From the NCBI GenBank assembly GCA_964630375.1, contig CAZVRT010000001.1, positions 135,379 to 199,378 on the forward strand: a stretch of 64,000 nt of DNA. Direction: 5' to 3'. Position numbers and translations under genes: made by a program. The notes beneath the pieces were generated by a model. The model was not told the DNA's origin, made no database searches, and saw nothing but the letters and a program-made list of their open reading frames with translations. The stretch's first letter is position 1. Each line of letters begins with the position of its first letter. This DNA is from an uncultured Candidatus Saccharibacteria bacterium (GTDB lineage Bacteria; Patescibacteriota; Minisyncoccia; Phycocordibacterales; JAACPR01). Positions 54,088 through 64,000 of the stretch are shown in pieces.

Positions 54088-54666
54088 TTAAACTCGCTCT
54101 GTATATTCTCCAGTATCAGTATTGATTCTGATAACATCTCCGATTTCTACAAACACAGGAGTTGTAATCATTGCTCCAGTTTCAACTTTTACTTTCTTGT
54201 CTGCACCACTAGCTGTATTTCCTTTAATGCTTGGCGGAGCTTCAATAACCTTCAGATCAACTTTAATTGGTAGGGAAATACCGATGATTCTTTCTCCAAA
54301 ATATAGAGCATCATAGTCTGAACCTTCTTTCATGTATTTAATTTTGTCAGCTAAAACTGCTTCAGGAACTTCAAATCTTTTGCTTTTATCATTTGGGTCT
54401 GTAAACCAATATTCCACAGAGTTGTTTTGTCTGTTTACTTTATTGAAAGAATATCTAACTGTTCTTTTTTCGATATAAGCCTCTTCCACTGTGTCGGCAT
54501 AGTGAAAAGTTTGTTGTCTGGTAACACCGGTAATTAAGTTTCGTAATTTTGTTTGGTTAACAGGTTTTCTTTGTTGTTTTCTCGATACTTGTGATTCCAA
54601 AACTTCATAAGGATCGCCATCAAGAATAATGTAACCTCTTTCTCTGATTTCGTTATAGTTCAACAT
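54088..54666 (-). CDS. efp: Elongation factor P
   Basis: Three OB/KOW-like domains in a 192-aa protein. RKPVNQTKLRNLITGV contains the conserved loop lysine. Confidence 0.85.
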   Translation of the reverse strand: MLNYNEIRERGYIILDGDPYEVLESQVSRKQQRKPVNQTKLRNLITGVTRQQTFHYADTVEEAYIEKRTVRYSFNKVNRQNNSVEYWFTDPNDKSKRFEVPEAVLADKIKYMKEGSDYDALYFGERIIGISLPIKVDLKVIEAPPSIKGNTASGADKKVKVETGAMITTPVFVEIGDVIRINTDTGEYTERV

Positions 54667-54684
54667 GAGCAGTATCTTAGCAAA

Positions 54685-55740
54685 TTAATTAGCTTCTTTC
54701 ATGCTTTCACGAATCTTCTTTAGAAGTTCTTTATTAACAGAGGGATTTTCTTTCAAAAATGTTCTTGATGCATCATAGCCTCTGCCAAGCTTAACTTCTC
54801 CATAAGAATACGAAGAACCTGATTTTTGAATTAGTCCGTATTTTTCACCTAAAGCTAAAATCTCACCTTCTCTTGAGATTCCTTCGTTGTACATAAGATC
54901 AAACTCAGCAACCTTGAATGGGGCAGCGACCTTGTTTTTCACAACTTTTACTTTTACGCGACCTCCCATAATTTCATCACCTTTTTTGATTTGTGCGATT
55001 CTTCGGATATCAAGTCTTACAGAAGTATAGAATTTCAATGCTTTTCCTCCTGGTGTTGTTTCTGGATTACCAAACATCACGCCAATTTGCATACGAATTT
55101 GGTTGATGAAGATAACAACAGTATTTGATTTTGCCACGATAGCAGTAAGCTTTCTTAACGCTTGAGACATTAGACGAGCTTGTTTTCCTACGTGGTGAGC
55201 TCCCATATCTCCTTCAATTTCATCTTTTGGTGTAAGAGCTGCGACTGAGTCCACTACAATTACATCAATTTTTCCAGAACGAACAAGGCTTTCTGTGATT
55301 TCTAGTGCTTGTTCTCCTGTGTCTGGTTGAGAAATTAGAAGTTCATCAAGTTTTACTCCAATTTTCTTTGCGTATTCCGGATCAAGAGCGTGCTCAGCAT
55401 CAACGAATGCACAAATACCGCCTTTCTTTTGAGCTTCTGCTGTGATGTGTAGGGAAAGGGTAGTTTTACCAGATGATTCCGGACCATATATTTCAATAAT
55501 TCTTCCTCGCGGTACACCACCAACTCCAAGAGCATCATCAAGACTGATTGAGCCTGTTGGTATAACATCAACATTTACTTTTGGTTTTTCACCAAGTTTC
55601 ATAATCGCTTCTTCTCCGAATTTTGTTTTTATCTCTCGAAGTGTATCTTCAATATTTTTTGAAGAATTTCGCGGACCATCACTTGTATCTGCTTCTTTAA
55701 TTACTTTTTTCTCTTTTGTTGTTTTCTTTTTTGTCGCCAT
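54685..55740 (-). CDS. recA: Recombinase RecA
   Basis: [20 protein letters not shown] Walker A and the L1/L2 loop regions. 351 aa. Confidence 0.95.
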   Translation of the reverse strand: MATKKKTTKEKKVIKEADTSDGPRNSSKNIEDTLREIKTKFGEEAIMKLGEKPKVNVDVIPTGSISLDDALGVGGVPRGRIIEIYGPESSGKTTLSLHITAEAQKKGGICAFVDAEHALDPEYAKKIGVKLDELLISQPDTGEQALEITESLVRSGKIDVIVVDSVAALTPKDEIEGDMGAHHVGKQARLMSQALRKLTAIVAKSNTVVIFINQIRMQIGVMFGNPETTPGGKALKFYTSVRLDIRRIAQIKKGDEIMGGRVKVKVVKNKVAAPFKVAEFDLMYNEGISREGEILALGEKYGLIQKSGSSYSYGEVKLGRGYDASRTFLKENPSVNKELLKKIRESMKEAN

Positions 55741-55783
55741 GTTTTGTATTTTAAATTATTGGTAATTAAATTTTAATAAAAAA

Positions 55784-56206
55784 TTATTCAAGTGACGGTG
55801 AAGAAGTTGGGGAAGTGCTGGCTAGATCAATTTCTATTTCCGGCGCTTCTATTTCTACAGGCTCTCCATTGTATGTGTACCAAAGGATTGTTTCAGTAGA
55901 TCTTTCAAATCTGTCTTTAGCGTCAATCTTAATTATACTTGTCCCTGGTGGTAACAGCAATTTCTCTTTAAATTCATTATCTTCATTTATATAGATAGTT
56001 CTGCCGTTCATACTAATGAATGAAGTATTTCGAGCTTCACCGATTATTTCAATGAAAGGCGAGTCAAAAGAAAGGCCGCTTTCGGGACTTTTTATAATAA
56101 TTTGAGGGCCAGAAAGAAGTTGTCTGGCGTTAAAAAAAGCATAAACCAGTACCAGAGCAAGGAATGATAGAGTACCGAAAGTTATGAGTTTTTTTCTAAA
56201 TTTCAT
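55784..56206 (-). CDS. Hypothetical exported protein
   Basis: Signal/TM N-terminus with a beta-rich body. Overlaps the ftsK stop by 11 nt. Confidence 0.4.
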   Translation of the reverse strand: MKFRKKLITFGTLSFLALVLVYAFFNARQLLSGPQIIIKSPESGLSFDSPFIEIIGEARNTSFISMNGRTIYINEDNEFKEKLLLPPGTSIIKIDAKDRFERSTETILWYTYNGEPVEIEAPEIEIDLASTSPTSSPSLE

Positions 56207-58382
56207 CTTCGTTGTCTTCAGGTGATGATTGAGGCGCGCCGGCTCCGATTACATCACGAGGTTTTGAGCCGTCTGCGGGCCCTACGACACCACGTTCTTC
56301 CAGTAGGTCGATTAGGCGCGCCGCTCTTGAGTATCCAACACGCAGTTTTCGTTGAATATAAGAAGTAGAGGCTTTTCCAGCTTCAATAACAACTCTTCTG
56401 GCATCATTATAAAGTTCATCATCGTCATCATTTGGTTCATCAAAGCCACCGGCAGCTGCAATTGCATCCATTGGGTTAGGGTCATTATTTGCATTTCCGC
56501 CCAAATCAATAGAAGAACTGTTAATTTCATCTTTATATTGTTTGTGTAGCCAATCCACAACATTTTTAACCTCCAATTCTGTAATAAAGGCAGATTGCAA
56601 TCGAACAGGTTGTGACATTTCTCCAGAAAGATAAAGCATGTCTCCGGCTCCAAGAAGCTTTTCCGCACCCGGCATGTCTAGAATTGTTCGAGAGTCGATC
56701 TGAGAAGCAACTTGCAATGCAACTCTGGTAGGGATATTGGCTTTAATTAAACCGGTAATAACATTCACGCTCGGTCTTTGTGTTGAGATAAGAAGGTGAA
56801 TACCAACGGCACGGCTCATTTGTGCCAAACGAACAATTGCAGATTCAAGCTCTCGTGGATATGTTTGCATAATATCTGCCAACTCGTCGATAATTACTAC
56901 TATATATGGCATGTTCTCAGGAAGTTCTGCGTCAGGATCATTTTTAGCTTCCTTCAATGCTGGTTCCAATATATTTGCATGATATGACTGAATGTCTCGC
57001 ACTGCATTTTCTTCAAGCAAATCGTATCGTCTATCCATTTCTTTTGCCGCCCATTTAAGTGCAAGAATAGCTTTTTTTGCATCAGTGATAACAGGGGTCA
57101 GAAGGTGAGGGATTTTATTATAAAGAGTAAGCTCAACTCTTTTTGGATCGACCATTATGAATTTAAGTTGGTCAGGATGATTCTTATATAATAGAGAAGT
57201 TACAACTGCGTGAAGTGTTACAGATTTTCCAGAACCAGTTGCACCGGCAATAAGTGCGTGAGGCATTTTTGCCAAGTTTGCAATTTGAGCTTTTCCTGTA
57301 ATTCCTTTTCCAAGACAAACAGAAAGTGGTTTTGATGGATCAGAAAAATTCGGATCTTTGATAAGGGAACCAAGCCCAACTGTTGTTTTGATTGAGTTTG
57401 GAATTTCAATTCCCACAAGAGATTTTCCAGGAATAGGTGCTTCGACTCGGAGTGGGTGAGCTGCAAGTGCAAGTGATAAGTCATTTTGCAAAGCAACTAT
57501 TCTTGAAAGCTTTACACCTTCGGCAGGTTTCAAAGCGTATCGTGTTACCGACGGTCCGATTGAAACTTCATCCATCTCAACTTGAATACCGAAGTTTGCA
57601 AGAGTTCTCTTGATGATATTTGCATTTGCTTTTACGTCTCCAACTTCAGGACGCCCAGAATCCTTTTGAAGAAGTGTTAATGGTGGAGGAGTGAAAGTTT
57701 GTTGTGCTGATCTTTTTGCAAAGAAAATCAATCCGCTTGGTTTTTTTGCCGGAGCTTGAGTTGGAGTAGGGGAAACAACAGGAACTTCATCATCTTCATT
57801 TTCATCTTCTTCATCATCGACATCGTCTTGCTCTGTAGATTTTTTAACACCTTTGATGACAACTTCTTCCTCTTCTTCAGAAAGTGCTTTTTCTTTTTTA
57901 GCAAAAAGTTTATTCAAATCAATTTTTAGAGAAAGGTTAAAAATCACTAAAATTGAAATTAACAGAACAGAGATAAGAATGATTAAAGAAACCCAGAAGT
58001 CCAACATTGCATTTAACCCTGTTGAAAGTAAGTTTCCAATTAGACCTCCTTTATCAAAAATTAAGTCTACAATTCCTAAGCCTGATACGAAGATAAAGAT
58101 GGCGCCAATTATTTTTGGAATAGCCAAATTGTGTTTCAGAGAGGCAAGGAAAGAGACTCCTAAACCGAACAATATAATAGGTACTAAATAGTACCCAACT
58201 CCAAATAATTTATTAAAACCGTTGAATGTTAGCTGTCCTAATATTCCAGCTTTGCCAAAAGCGGCAAACGATAAAAATGCTGCTACTGCTAAAAATCCAA
58301 TGGCGATGATTGCTTCAATTGTTTCTTCTTTTAAAAATGGTTCTGCGACCGGTTCTTTATTTTTATTTTTTTTTCTAGACAT
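56196..58382 (-). CDS. ftsK: DNA translocase FtsK/SpoIIIE
   Basis: N-terminal TM helices, a Glu/Asp-rich linker, and HALIAGATGSGKSV Walker A in the motor domain. Confidence 0.9.
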   Translation of the reverse strand: MSRKKNKNKEPVAEPFLKEETIEAIIAIGFLAVAAFLSFAAFGKAGILGQLTFNGFNKLFGVGYYLVPIILFGLGVSFLASLKHNLAIPKIIGAIFIFVSGLGIVDLIFDKGGLIGNLLSTGLNAMLDFWVSLIILISVLLISILVIFNLSLKIDLNKLFAKKEKALSEEEEEVVIKGVKKSTEQDDVDDEEDENEDDEVPVVSPTPTQAPAKKPSGLIFFAKRSAQQTFTPPPLTLLQKDSGRPEVGDVKANANIIKRTLANFGIQVEMDEVSIGPSVTRYALKPAEGVKLSRIVALQNDLSLALAAHPLRVEAPIPGKSLVGIEIPNSIKTTVGLGSLIKDPNFSDPSKPLSVCLGKGITGKAQIANLAKMPHALIAGATGSGKSVTLHAVVTSLLYKNHPDQLKFIMVDPKRVELTLYNKIPHLLTPVITDAKKAILALKWAAKEMDRRYDLLEENAVRDIQSYHANILEPALKEAKNDPDAELPENMPYIVVIIDELADIMQTYPRELESAIVRLAQMSRAVGIHLLISTQRPSVNVITGLIKANIPTRVALQVASQIDSRTILDMPGAEKLLGAGDMLYLSGEMSQPVRLQSAFITELEVKNVVDWLHKQYKDEINSSSIDLGGNANNDPNPMDAIAAAGGFDEPNDDDDELYNDARRVVIEAGKASTSYIQRKLRVGYSRAARLIDLLEERGVVGPADGSKPRDVIGAGAPQSSPEDNEDEI

Positions 58383-58531
58383 TTGTCCCTATATAATAAC
58401 ACGCTTATTTTAAGCCACGAATATGTGAAAAACTTTGTCCTTAAAGGACAGCAATGTCTTTTATAAAAGACACAAATTAGAACACTCTCCAAGAGAGTAC
58501 ACAATTGTTTTTTGTCTTTGATTTTTTTAGA

Positions 58532-59263
58532 ATGCAACTTATGGACATGGAATTCTTCCCAAAAAATTACGACAGCTTTAAAGTCTTTTTGTTTAAGAAA
58601 GTTGAGAGGATTTCCTTGGCACTTTATTTGGCTACGAACCATATATCTGACGGTGTTTCATTAAAGACACATATAAGAGAAATTGCTGATTGTCTTATAA
58701 AAGACATTCTTGAATTTAATAGAGGGCAAACAAACATAAATTCGACTATCACAATAAAAGAAGATTTTTTGGAATTAAAGACACTTATAAATTTTGCGAT
58801 GAGTGCTAACCTTATAAATAGAAACAACTCAGCCATTTTAATAGAAGAAATAAACAAACTAAGTAGAGACATTGATACTCACAAAGACAATCTTATTGGT
58901 GACAGTGATTTCAAAAAATCGTTCTTTGTTGTTGAGTCTCGACCAAGATTTTCAGAACCAGTTTCTGAAGCAAATTCTTTTAAAGGACATGAAGAAAAGA
59001 TCGAGACAAAAGAGGTTGCTACAAATGTAAGAAGCATAAGCAATTTTAATAAAGGACAAGAACCTAAAAATCTATCAAATAGCAGAGCTGAAGAAATTAT
59101 GAAAATTATAAAAGACAACGGAAAGGTGACAATAAAAGACATTTCAAATCAAATAAAAAATTGTAGTGAAAAAACCATCCAGAGAGAACTTTTAAAAATG
59201 GTGTCCTTGAATTTAATTAAAAAAGAAGGAGAGAGAAGATGGAGTACGTATTCAATTTTGTAA
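58532..59263 (+). CDS. Hypothetical protein with C-terminal winged-helix-like DNA-binding segment
   Basis: C-terminus ...GKVTIKDISNQIKNCSEKTIQRELLKMVSLNLIKKEGERRWSTY looks like a wHTH. Start is ambiguous among several N-terminal Met codons. Confidence 0.35.
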   Translation: MQLMDMEFFPKNYDSFKVFLFKKVERISLALYLATNHISDGVSLKTHIREIADCLIKDILEFNRGQTNINSTITIKEDFLELKTLINFAMSANLINRNNSAILIEEINKLSRDIDTHKDNLIGDSDFKKSFFVVESRPRFSEPVSEANSFKGHEEKIETKEVATNVRSISNFNKGQEPKNLSNSRAEEIMKIIKDNGKVTIKDISNQIKNCSEKTIQRELLKMVSLNLIKKEGERRWSTYSIL

Positions 59264-59702
59264 TTAATTTGCAATTAACATCAAATTGATTTTTTACATT
59301 TTTTGAGGTATTATTCGAACTGGTGGATACTGGGTCAAAAACTCAGTTATCCACATTAGCTTATGTGTCCACTACTTAATGGTGCGATACAATATGCAAT
59401 GTACCTGGAGACGGAGGAGACGAACGGTACGAATGATCGTTGAAAATTGAATAGCGAATTCGTCATCTTAAGGTATTTCCCGCACGATTAATTCAGTTAC
59501 GGTTGCATTGACAGACACACAGACCAAATCATTGAAGCCAATCGTTTTTTGGTGGGCGACTATCAAAAACGTTGGTGTTTATCGTTGGACTTCCGATTTA
59601 AAATTGAAGTCTAAAACGTTAGTAATTAATTACCAATGTTCAGTTGCTAATCATTATTAAAATAACAGGTTAGTAATTGCACTTAAGATTTATAAAAAAC
59701 AA

Positions 59703-61658
59703 ATGAAAAAAACTTTTTCAAAAGTTGTTGCTGTAGCACTTGCTTTGACATTTGCGACAACAACATCAGCTTTGACAGCTGCTGACATCCAACTTCTAGT
59801 AAGCATGGGTGTTATCCCAGCTGACAAAGCAGCTGCAGCTTTGGCTGCAATCGGAGGTAGTTCAACTACTTCTACAGCTTCTTGTGGAGTTTACACAAGA
59901 GACTTAACTCTTGGTTCAACAGGAGCGGATGTAGTATCACTACAAACTTTCCTTGAAGCAAAAGGATTTTTAACAATTCCAGTTGGAACATCTAAGGGAT
60001 ACTTCGGTACTCTTACACAATCAGCTTTGGGTAGATACCAAGCAGCTAATGGAATCGCTCCAACAGCTGGATACTTTGGTCCAGTTACACGAGCTAAAGT
60101 TTCATCTGACTGTACTCCAGGAACAACAACTCCAGGAACAACAACTCCAGGTAAAACACTTTCTGGAGATGAAGCACGACTAGACAACTACCGAGCACTT
60201 TCAACATACTCAAACGAGGATATTGAAGAAGGTGAAACAGGAGGAGTATTCGCTGCTGAATTCAAGGTTAGAGATGGAGACATCGAAATCGACCGAGTTG
60301 ACGTTGCTGTTGAAGCTGGTTCAGGTTCAGAAGACAAACCATGGAGACAAATCGAATCTATCGCTTTGATCGTTAACGGAGAAGAAGTTGACTCAAAGAG
60401 CGTAGATCGAGAATCTGACTGGTCTCGAAAAGACAGTACATTCTCACCTTCATCTTCTAGAGCTTATGAAACACGATTCACAGGACTAGGATTCATCGTT
60501 GATGAAGATGAAACAGCTACTATCGAAGTAGAAATCACAACTTCAGACAGTATTGATAACAGCAAACTTCCAACATCATGGAGAGTTTGGATTCCACGAG
60601 ACGGTCTACGAGCAGTTGACGGAAAGGGAATCGATCAATACGTAGGATCACAAGATGATTACAAGACATTCAATATCGAAGCTGCTGATGACGGAAAGGT
60701 TCGAGTTCGAGAGAGCGATGACGATCTAGACCCATCAATTCTAGTTGTAGACGCAAATAAGAAATCTTCTTCATACGAAGTATTCCGATTTGAAATCGAC
60801 AACAGTGAAGATGCAGATGTTCTATTGAACACTCTTACAATCCTTGCTACATCTACAACATCAGATCTTTCAAAAGTTATCTCAAAACTAACAGTTGAAA
60901 TCGATGGAGATAGATTTGACTTCGACTCATCAACAAGCACAGCTACACATACAGCTTACTTGTTCGATCTAGAAGACAATGGAGATGAATTCGAAATTGG
61001 CGAAGACGACAGAGTAGAAGTAGTTGTTAAAGCTGAGTTTGCAAAACAATCTGGAAACTATGCTGATGGTACAACAGTACAATTCGGTATCGGTCGGGTT
61101 AATGGTGTAAACGACGTAGTAGGAATCACAGCTGAAGGAGCATCTACAAATGACCCATCAGATGTTGACGGACGAGTAGAAGGTTCAATCCACACTCTAC
61201 GAACAACAGGTGTTGCTGTAGAAGTTACTTCAAAGAACTTCACATACCACAACAACACAGCTGATTCACTAGCTGATGATGAAGGAGAATACCGATTCAC
61301 AGTTAAAGTTACAGCTCTAGAAGATGATGCATGGATCAACAACCAAGTTGCCCTAGCAGCTTCAACAACAGCTGGATTCGTAGCTACAGTTACAGGTGAT
61401 ACATTTGCAGGAACATCTTCTGCAAGAATCGCTGACACATCAGCTAAGACTCAAATAAACGGACGATACAAGGTTGCTGAAGGAACTTCAGAAACATTTA
61501 TCATCGCAGTTAGACTAGACCCAAGTTCACAACAAACACTTGGATTGAAACTAACAGGAGTTAACTTTGCTGCTGACTCAACAACAGGTACATTCGGAGC
61601 ATTCGTTGTTCCAGATATTCCTGCTAACTCAATCCCAACAGAAGTTATTAAGAACTAG
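59703..61658 (+). CDS. Secreted cell-surface (S-layer-like) protein with peptidoglycan-binding domain
   Basis: Signal peptide, then a PG_binding_1-like repeat (TGADVVSLQTFLEAKGF...ALGRYQAANGI), a TPGTTTPGTTTPG linker, and a large acidic beta-rich domain. Codon usage is distinct and biased, consistent with high expression, and it has a strong terminator. Confidence 0.55.
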   Translation: MKKTFSKVVAVALALTFATTTSALTAADIQLLVSMGVIPADKAAAALAAIGGSSTTSTASCGVYTRDLTLGSTGADVVSLQTFLEAKGFLTIPVGTSKGYFGTLTQSALGRYQAANGIAPTAGYFGPVTRAKVSSDCTPGTTTPGTTTPGKTLSGDEARLDNYRALSTYSNEDIEEGETGGVFAAEFKVRDGDIEIDRVDVAVEAGSGSEDKPWRQIESIALIVNGEEVDSKSVDRESDWSRKDSTFSPSSSRAYETRFTGLGFIVDEDETATIEVEITTSDSIDNSKLPTSWRVWIPRDGLRAVDGKGIDQYVGSQDDYKTFNIEAADDGKVRVRESDDDLDPSILVVDANKKSSSYEVFRFEIDNSEDADVLLNTLTILATSTTSDLSKVISKLTVEIDGDRFDFDSSTSTATHTAYLFDLEDNGDEFEIGEDDRVEVVVKAEFAKQSGNYADGTTVQFGIGRVNGVNDVVGITAEGASTNDPSDVDGRVEGSIHTLRTTGVAVEVTSKNFTYHNNTADSLADDEGEYRFTVKVTALEDDAWINNQVALAASTTAGFVATVTGDTFAGTSSARIADTSAKTQINGRYKVAEGTSETFIIAVRLDPSSQQTLGLKLTGVNFAADSTTGTFGAFVVPDIPANSIPTEVIKN

Positions 61659-61719
61659 TTTCTTAGTTACGAAGTTAGGAAAGTTAGGTAGTCGCGTAAA
61701 AGTAACTATTTAGGCAAAA

Positions 61720-61748
61720 AGCCGCCCGAAAGGGCGGCTTTTTGTTTT
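61720..61748 (+). terminator. Rho-independent terminator
   Basis: agccgcccgaaagggcggct (GAAA tetraloop) followed by ttttgtttt. Confidence 0.8.
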
Positions 61749-61799
61749 GCTTTATTTAATTTATTTTTTAATTTTTCTTTATCGTGACTTTATCTGTGT

Positions 61800-62939
61800 T
61801 TGGTTATGATACTGCCCATGAAAAATAAATCATTTATATTTCGAGGGATGTTTTTATTAGTATTGTTTGCTACACCGCAATTTTTGTTTGCGATGAAAAT
61901 AAATGAAATTATGTACGATGTTCCTGGCACTGATTCTGGTAGGGAATGGATTGAGGTTTTTAACGATACAGATACCGATATAGATTTTTCTAATTGGAAG
62001 CTTTTAGAAAATGCGGTAAATCATGCTGTTAAGTTGATTTTGGGGGAGGCTGTGATTCCAAAAGGCGGTTTTGCCATTATCGCCGATAATACCGAGAAAT
62101 TTTTAATTGATAACCCAGATTTTGATGGAACGCTTTTTGACAGTGTTTTTTCACTGACCAATACAGGCGAAACTTTGGCTCTAATTAATCCATCTGGAAA
62201 TAAAGTTGATGAAATTACATATTCAGACTCTCTGGGTGCAAAAGGCGACGGAAACTCTTTGCAAATGAATGATGGTTTCTTGATGCCAGCAATTCCAACC
62301 CCAGGAAAGCAAAATTCCCGAGAAGAGATTGTTCAGACTGATTCAAACACTTCGGCGACTACAACATCTGATATTTCTACCCATTCTTCTTCAATATCTT
62401 TATCAAAAACCAAAGAAACCTTTGATTTTGAGGTTTTGATCGGCAGAGACAGAATGTCATCGATAAAATCACCGATTATTTTTGAAGCAAAACCAAAGAA
62501 TGATATTGGGCTGGGCAAGGTTAAATATTCGTGGAATATGGGCGATGGCAATCGGGAGAGCGGAAGTATTTTGAAATATGCTTATAAACACCCAGGTTCT
62601 TATAATATTGTTTTAAACGCTACTGTTGGAGGCAAACATTCGGTTGCCAGATTGGTTGCCCATATTTTAGAGCCTAAAATTGATTTTGTTTTAAGTGAAA
62701 AAGGTATCGAATTTACCAATCTGGACAACAATGAGCTAAATATTGGTCAGTGGAAGGTACGCGCCGATGATAAAACTATGGATTTTATCTTTCCTCAAGA
62801 CACAATTATTAGTCCAAAACAAAAAATAATCTTTGATTGGGATCTGTTTATTAAAAAACCGAAAGATTTTGATTATCAACAGAAAGCTTTCAATCTATTT
62901 TTCCCAAACGGTGATATAATAGTGCCTGTAAAGTTATGA
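61800..62939 (+). CDS. Secreted lamin-tail-domain (LTD) plus PKD-like domain protein
   Basis: INEIMYDVPGTDSGREWIEVFNDTDTDIDFSNWKL...LTNTGETLALINPSGNKVDEITYSD is the LTD signature. KYSWNMGDGNRESGSILKYAYKHPGSYNIVLNA is PKD-like. Confidence 0.55.
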   Translation: MVMILPMKNKSFIFRGMFLLVLFATPQFLFAMKINEIMYDVPGTDSGREWIEVFNDTDTDIDFSNWKLLENAVNHAVKLILGEAVIPKGGFAIIADNTEKFLIDNPDFDGTLFDSVFSLTNTGETLALINPSGNKVDEITYSDSLGAKGDGNSLQMNDGFLMPAIPTPGKQNSREEIVQTDSNTSATTTSDISTHSSSISLSKTKETFDFEVLIGRDRMSSIKSPIIFEAKPKNDIGLGKVKYSWNMGDGNRESGSILKYAYKHPGSYNIVLNATVGGKHSVARLVAHILEPKIDFVLSEKGIEFTNLDNNELNIGQWKVRADDKTMDFIFPQDTIISPKQKIIFDWDLFIKKPKDFDYQQKAFNLFFPNGDIIVPVKL

Positions 62940-63002
62940 AGGGATTAGGATTTGTAATAGGTTTTGCGTTGTTAATCATTTCGAGCTTTCTTTTAATGGT
63001 TT

Positions 63003-63590
63003 TTGTTTAAAAATATTATGGAAGCATTGGGAAAATTATTTGGAAGTCTGGCTCGCGTGAAAGTGATGAAACTTTTTTTGTTCAATGATGATACTGTTTT
63101 TGATAAAAAAGAAGTTTCTAAAAGGGCAAAAATTTCAGCCGCAAATACAACAAAAGAGTTAAATTTGCTTGTACGTGCCGGTCTTTTAAAGAAAAGAAAA
63201 AATCAAGGTTTCTTTTTAAATAAAAATTTTCCATTTTTGTTTCCTTTGCAAGAACTTTTGATGCACTCTGCACCTATGCAAGAGAAAGAGATTTCAAAAA
63301 GGCTAAATGTTGTAGGAAAAGTGAAAGCGGTGGTTGTTTCGGGAGTATTTATACAAAATCCTGAAAGTAGGTTGGATATTTTGGTGGTTGGTGATGATAT
63401 CAGTCAAAATCGTCTAAAGAGCGTTATTGGCAATATGGAATCTGAAATTGGTAGAGAATTGAGGTTTGCTTTGCTTGAGACTGCTGATTTCAAATACAGA
63501 CAAGGTGTTTGTGACAGATTGGTGCGAGATGTATTTGAATACCCTCATAAGATCGTTGTGGATAAAGTCGGGATAGAATACGCTAGGTGA
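63003..63590 (+). CDS. Hypothetical protein with N-terminal winged-helix-like segment
   Basis: 195-aa ORF. RVKVMKLFLFNDDTVFDKKEVSKRAKISAANTTKELNLLVRAGLLKK is HTH-like. Confidence 0.35.
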   Translation: MFKNIMEALGKLFGSLARVKVMKLFLFNDDTVFDKKEVSKRAKISAANTTKELNLLVRAGLLKKRKNQGFFLNKNFPFLFPLQELLMHSAPMQEKEISKRLNVVGKVKAVVVSGVFIQNPESRLDILVVGDDISQNRLKSVIGNMESEIGRELRFALLETADFKYRQGVCDRLVRDVFEYPHKIVVDKVGIEYAR

Positions 63591-63641
63591 TACAATTAAA
63601 TAGTGGGGGAAAATCCCATATTTAATATTTATTGATATCAC

Positions 63642-64000
63642 ATGAATAGTTTTAATGATCTTGCAAATACACTGACTGTGTCAGCACAAGGTGTTGGGCG
63701 TAGTTTGGTGGATGTTGCTGCAGCTGTTTTAGTTGCTGTAATTATTTTTGTTCTTGGGTGGCTTATTGCTATCTTGGTTTCAAAAGCAGTTGAAAGAGTT
63801 GTTAGAGCAATTAAGTTGGATTCACTTTTGAAAACAGCTGGTGTAGATGATCTCCTAAACAAAATGGGAGTGAAGCTAAACTCAGGAAAATTCTTGGGGG
63901 AAATTGCTCGATGGTACTTGATTGTTGTCTTCCTAATTGTCGCTTTCGATATTATAGGACTTACACATATCACAGCATTTTTGACTAGTGTTGCTATTGG
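63642..64000 (+). CDS. Mechanosensitive channel (MscS-like) N-terminal TM-helix domain, 3' truncated by the window end
   Basis: Manual translation MNSFNDLANTLTVSAQGVGRSLVDVAAAVLVAVIIFVLGWLIAILVSKAVERVVRAIKLDSLLKTAGVDD... runs open to the window edge and resembles the conserved TM_helix repeat of MscS-family proteins. Preferred over the antisense ORF 63638..63973. Confidence 0.5.
   Translation, partial: MNSFNDLANTLTVSAQGVGRSLVDVAAAVLVAVIIFVLGWLIAILVSKAVERVVRAIKLDSLLKTAGVDDLLNKMGVKLNSGKFLGEIARWYLIVVFLIVAFDIIGLTHITAFLTSVAI

Noticed and set aside
63638-63973. 111-aa minus-strand ORF at the window end.
   Set aside because: The plus strand reads openly from ATG 63642 to the window edge as an MscS-like TM-helix-repeat protein with much better protein-like character. 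The minus ORF is its antisense shadow.
1-64000. Searched for CRISPR arrays (regularly spaced 25-40-nt direct repeats) and for cas-like genes.
   Set aside because: No spaced repeat array is visible anywhere. The only repeats are the island-flanking duplicates and isolated hairpins.

Overview
This is an AT-rich (roughly one-third GC by eye), gene-dense bacterial window that uses the standard genetic code; TGA is a stop (the dgt-like gene ends in TGA). Genes are small, overlaps and short gaps are common, and the content is typical of a reduced-genome, Patescibacteria/CPR-like organism: fpg, a MurNAc-LAA amidase, murE, ruvA, rpsT, ruvX, pilMNO, rluA, rplS, nrdAB, folD, secE-nusG-rplK, thyA-folA-dcd, comEB, glyA-dut-tmk, argS, ileS, recO, glyS, metG, tatD, rpsF-ssb-rpsR, efp, recA and ftsK. 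I called five tRNAs from sequence (Arg-GCG, Ser-TGA, Arg-TCT, Val-TAC, His-GTG).

Four observations stand out, taken up in the findings below:
- A ~4.7 kb surface-glycan cassette sits inside a thymidylate-synthesis supercluster, between comEB and glyA. It encodes a glycosyltransferase plus Cap5E/F/G- or FnlA/B/C-like enzymes for a UDP-L-FucNAc-type sugar. It is bracketed by ~55-bp direct repeats that are copies of the comEB 3' end plus its terminator, and the glycosyltransferase has captured a copy of the glyA promoter and first codons.
- The ileS gene carries a ~230-aa in-frame insertion with all signature motifs of a histidine phosphatase (PGAM/SixA-like) domain.
- The stretch next to tRNA-Ser is compositionally atypical and holds a P-loop kinase, a truncated deoxyribosyltransferase-like ORF and a GC-rich HD-domain dGTPase.
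- A ~320-nt GC-rich non-coding region lies between rluA and rplS, and a family of GGACGAAGTCC-core hairpins recurs in the window.

I saw no CRISPR array, transposase or integrase.
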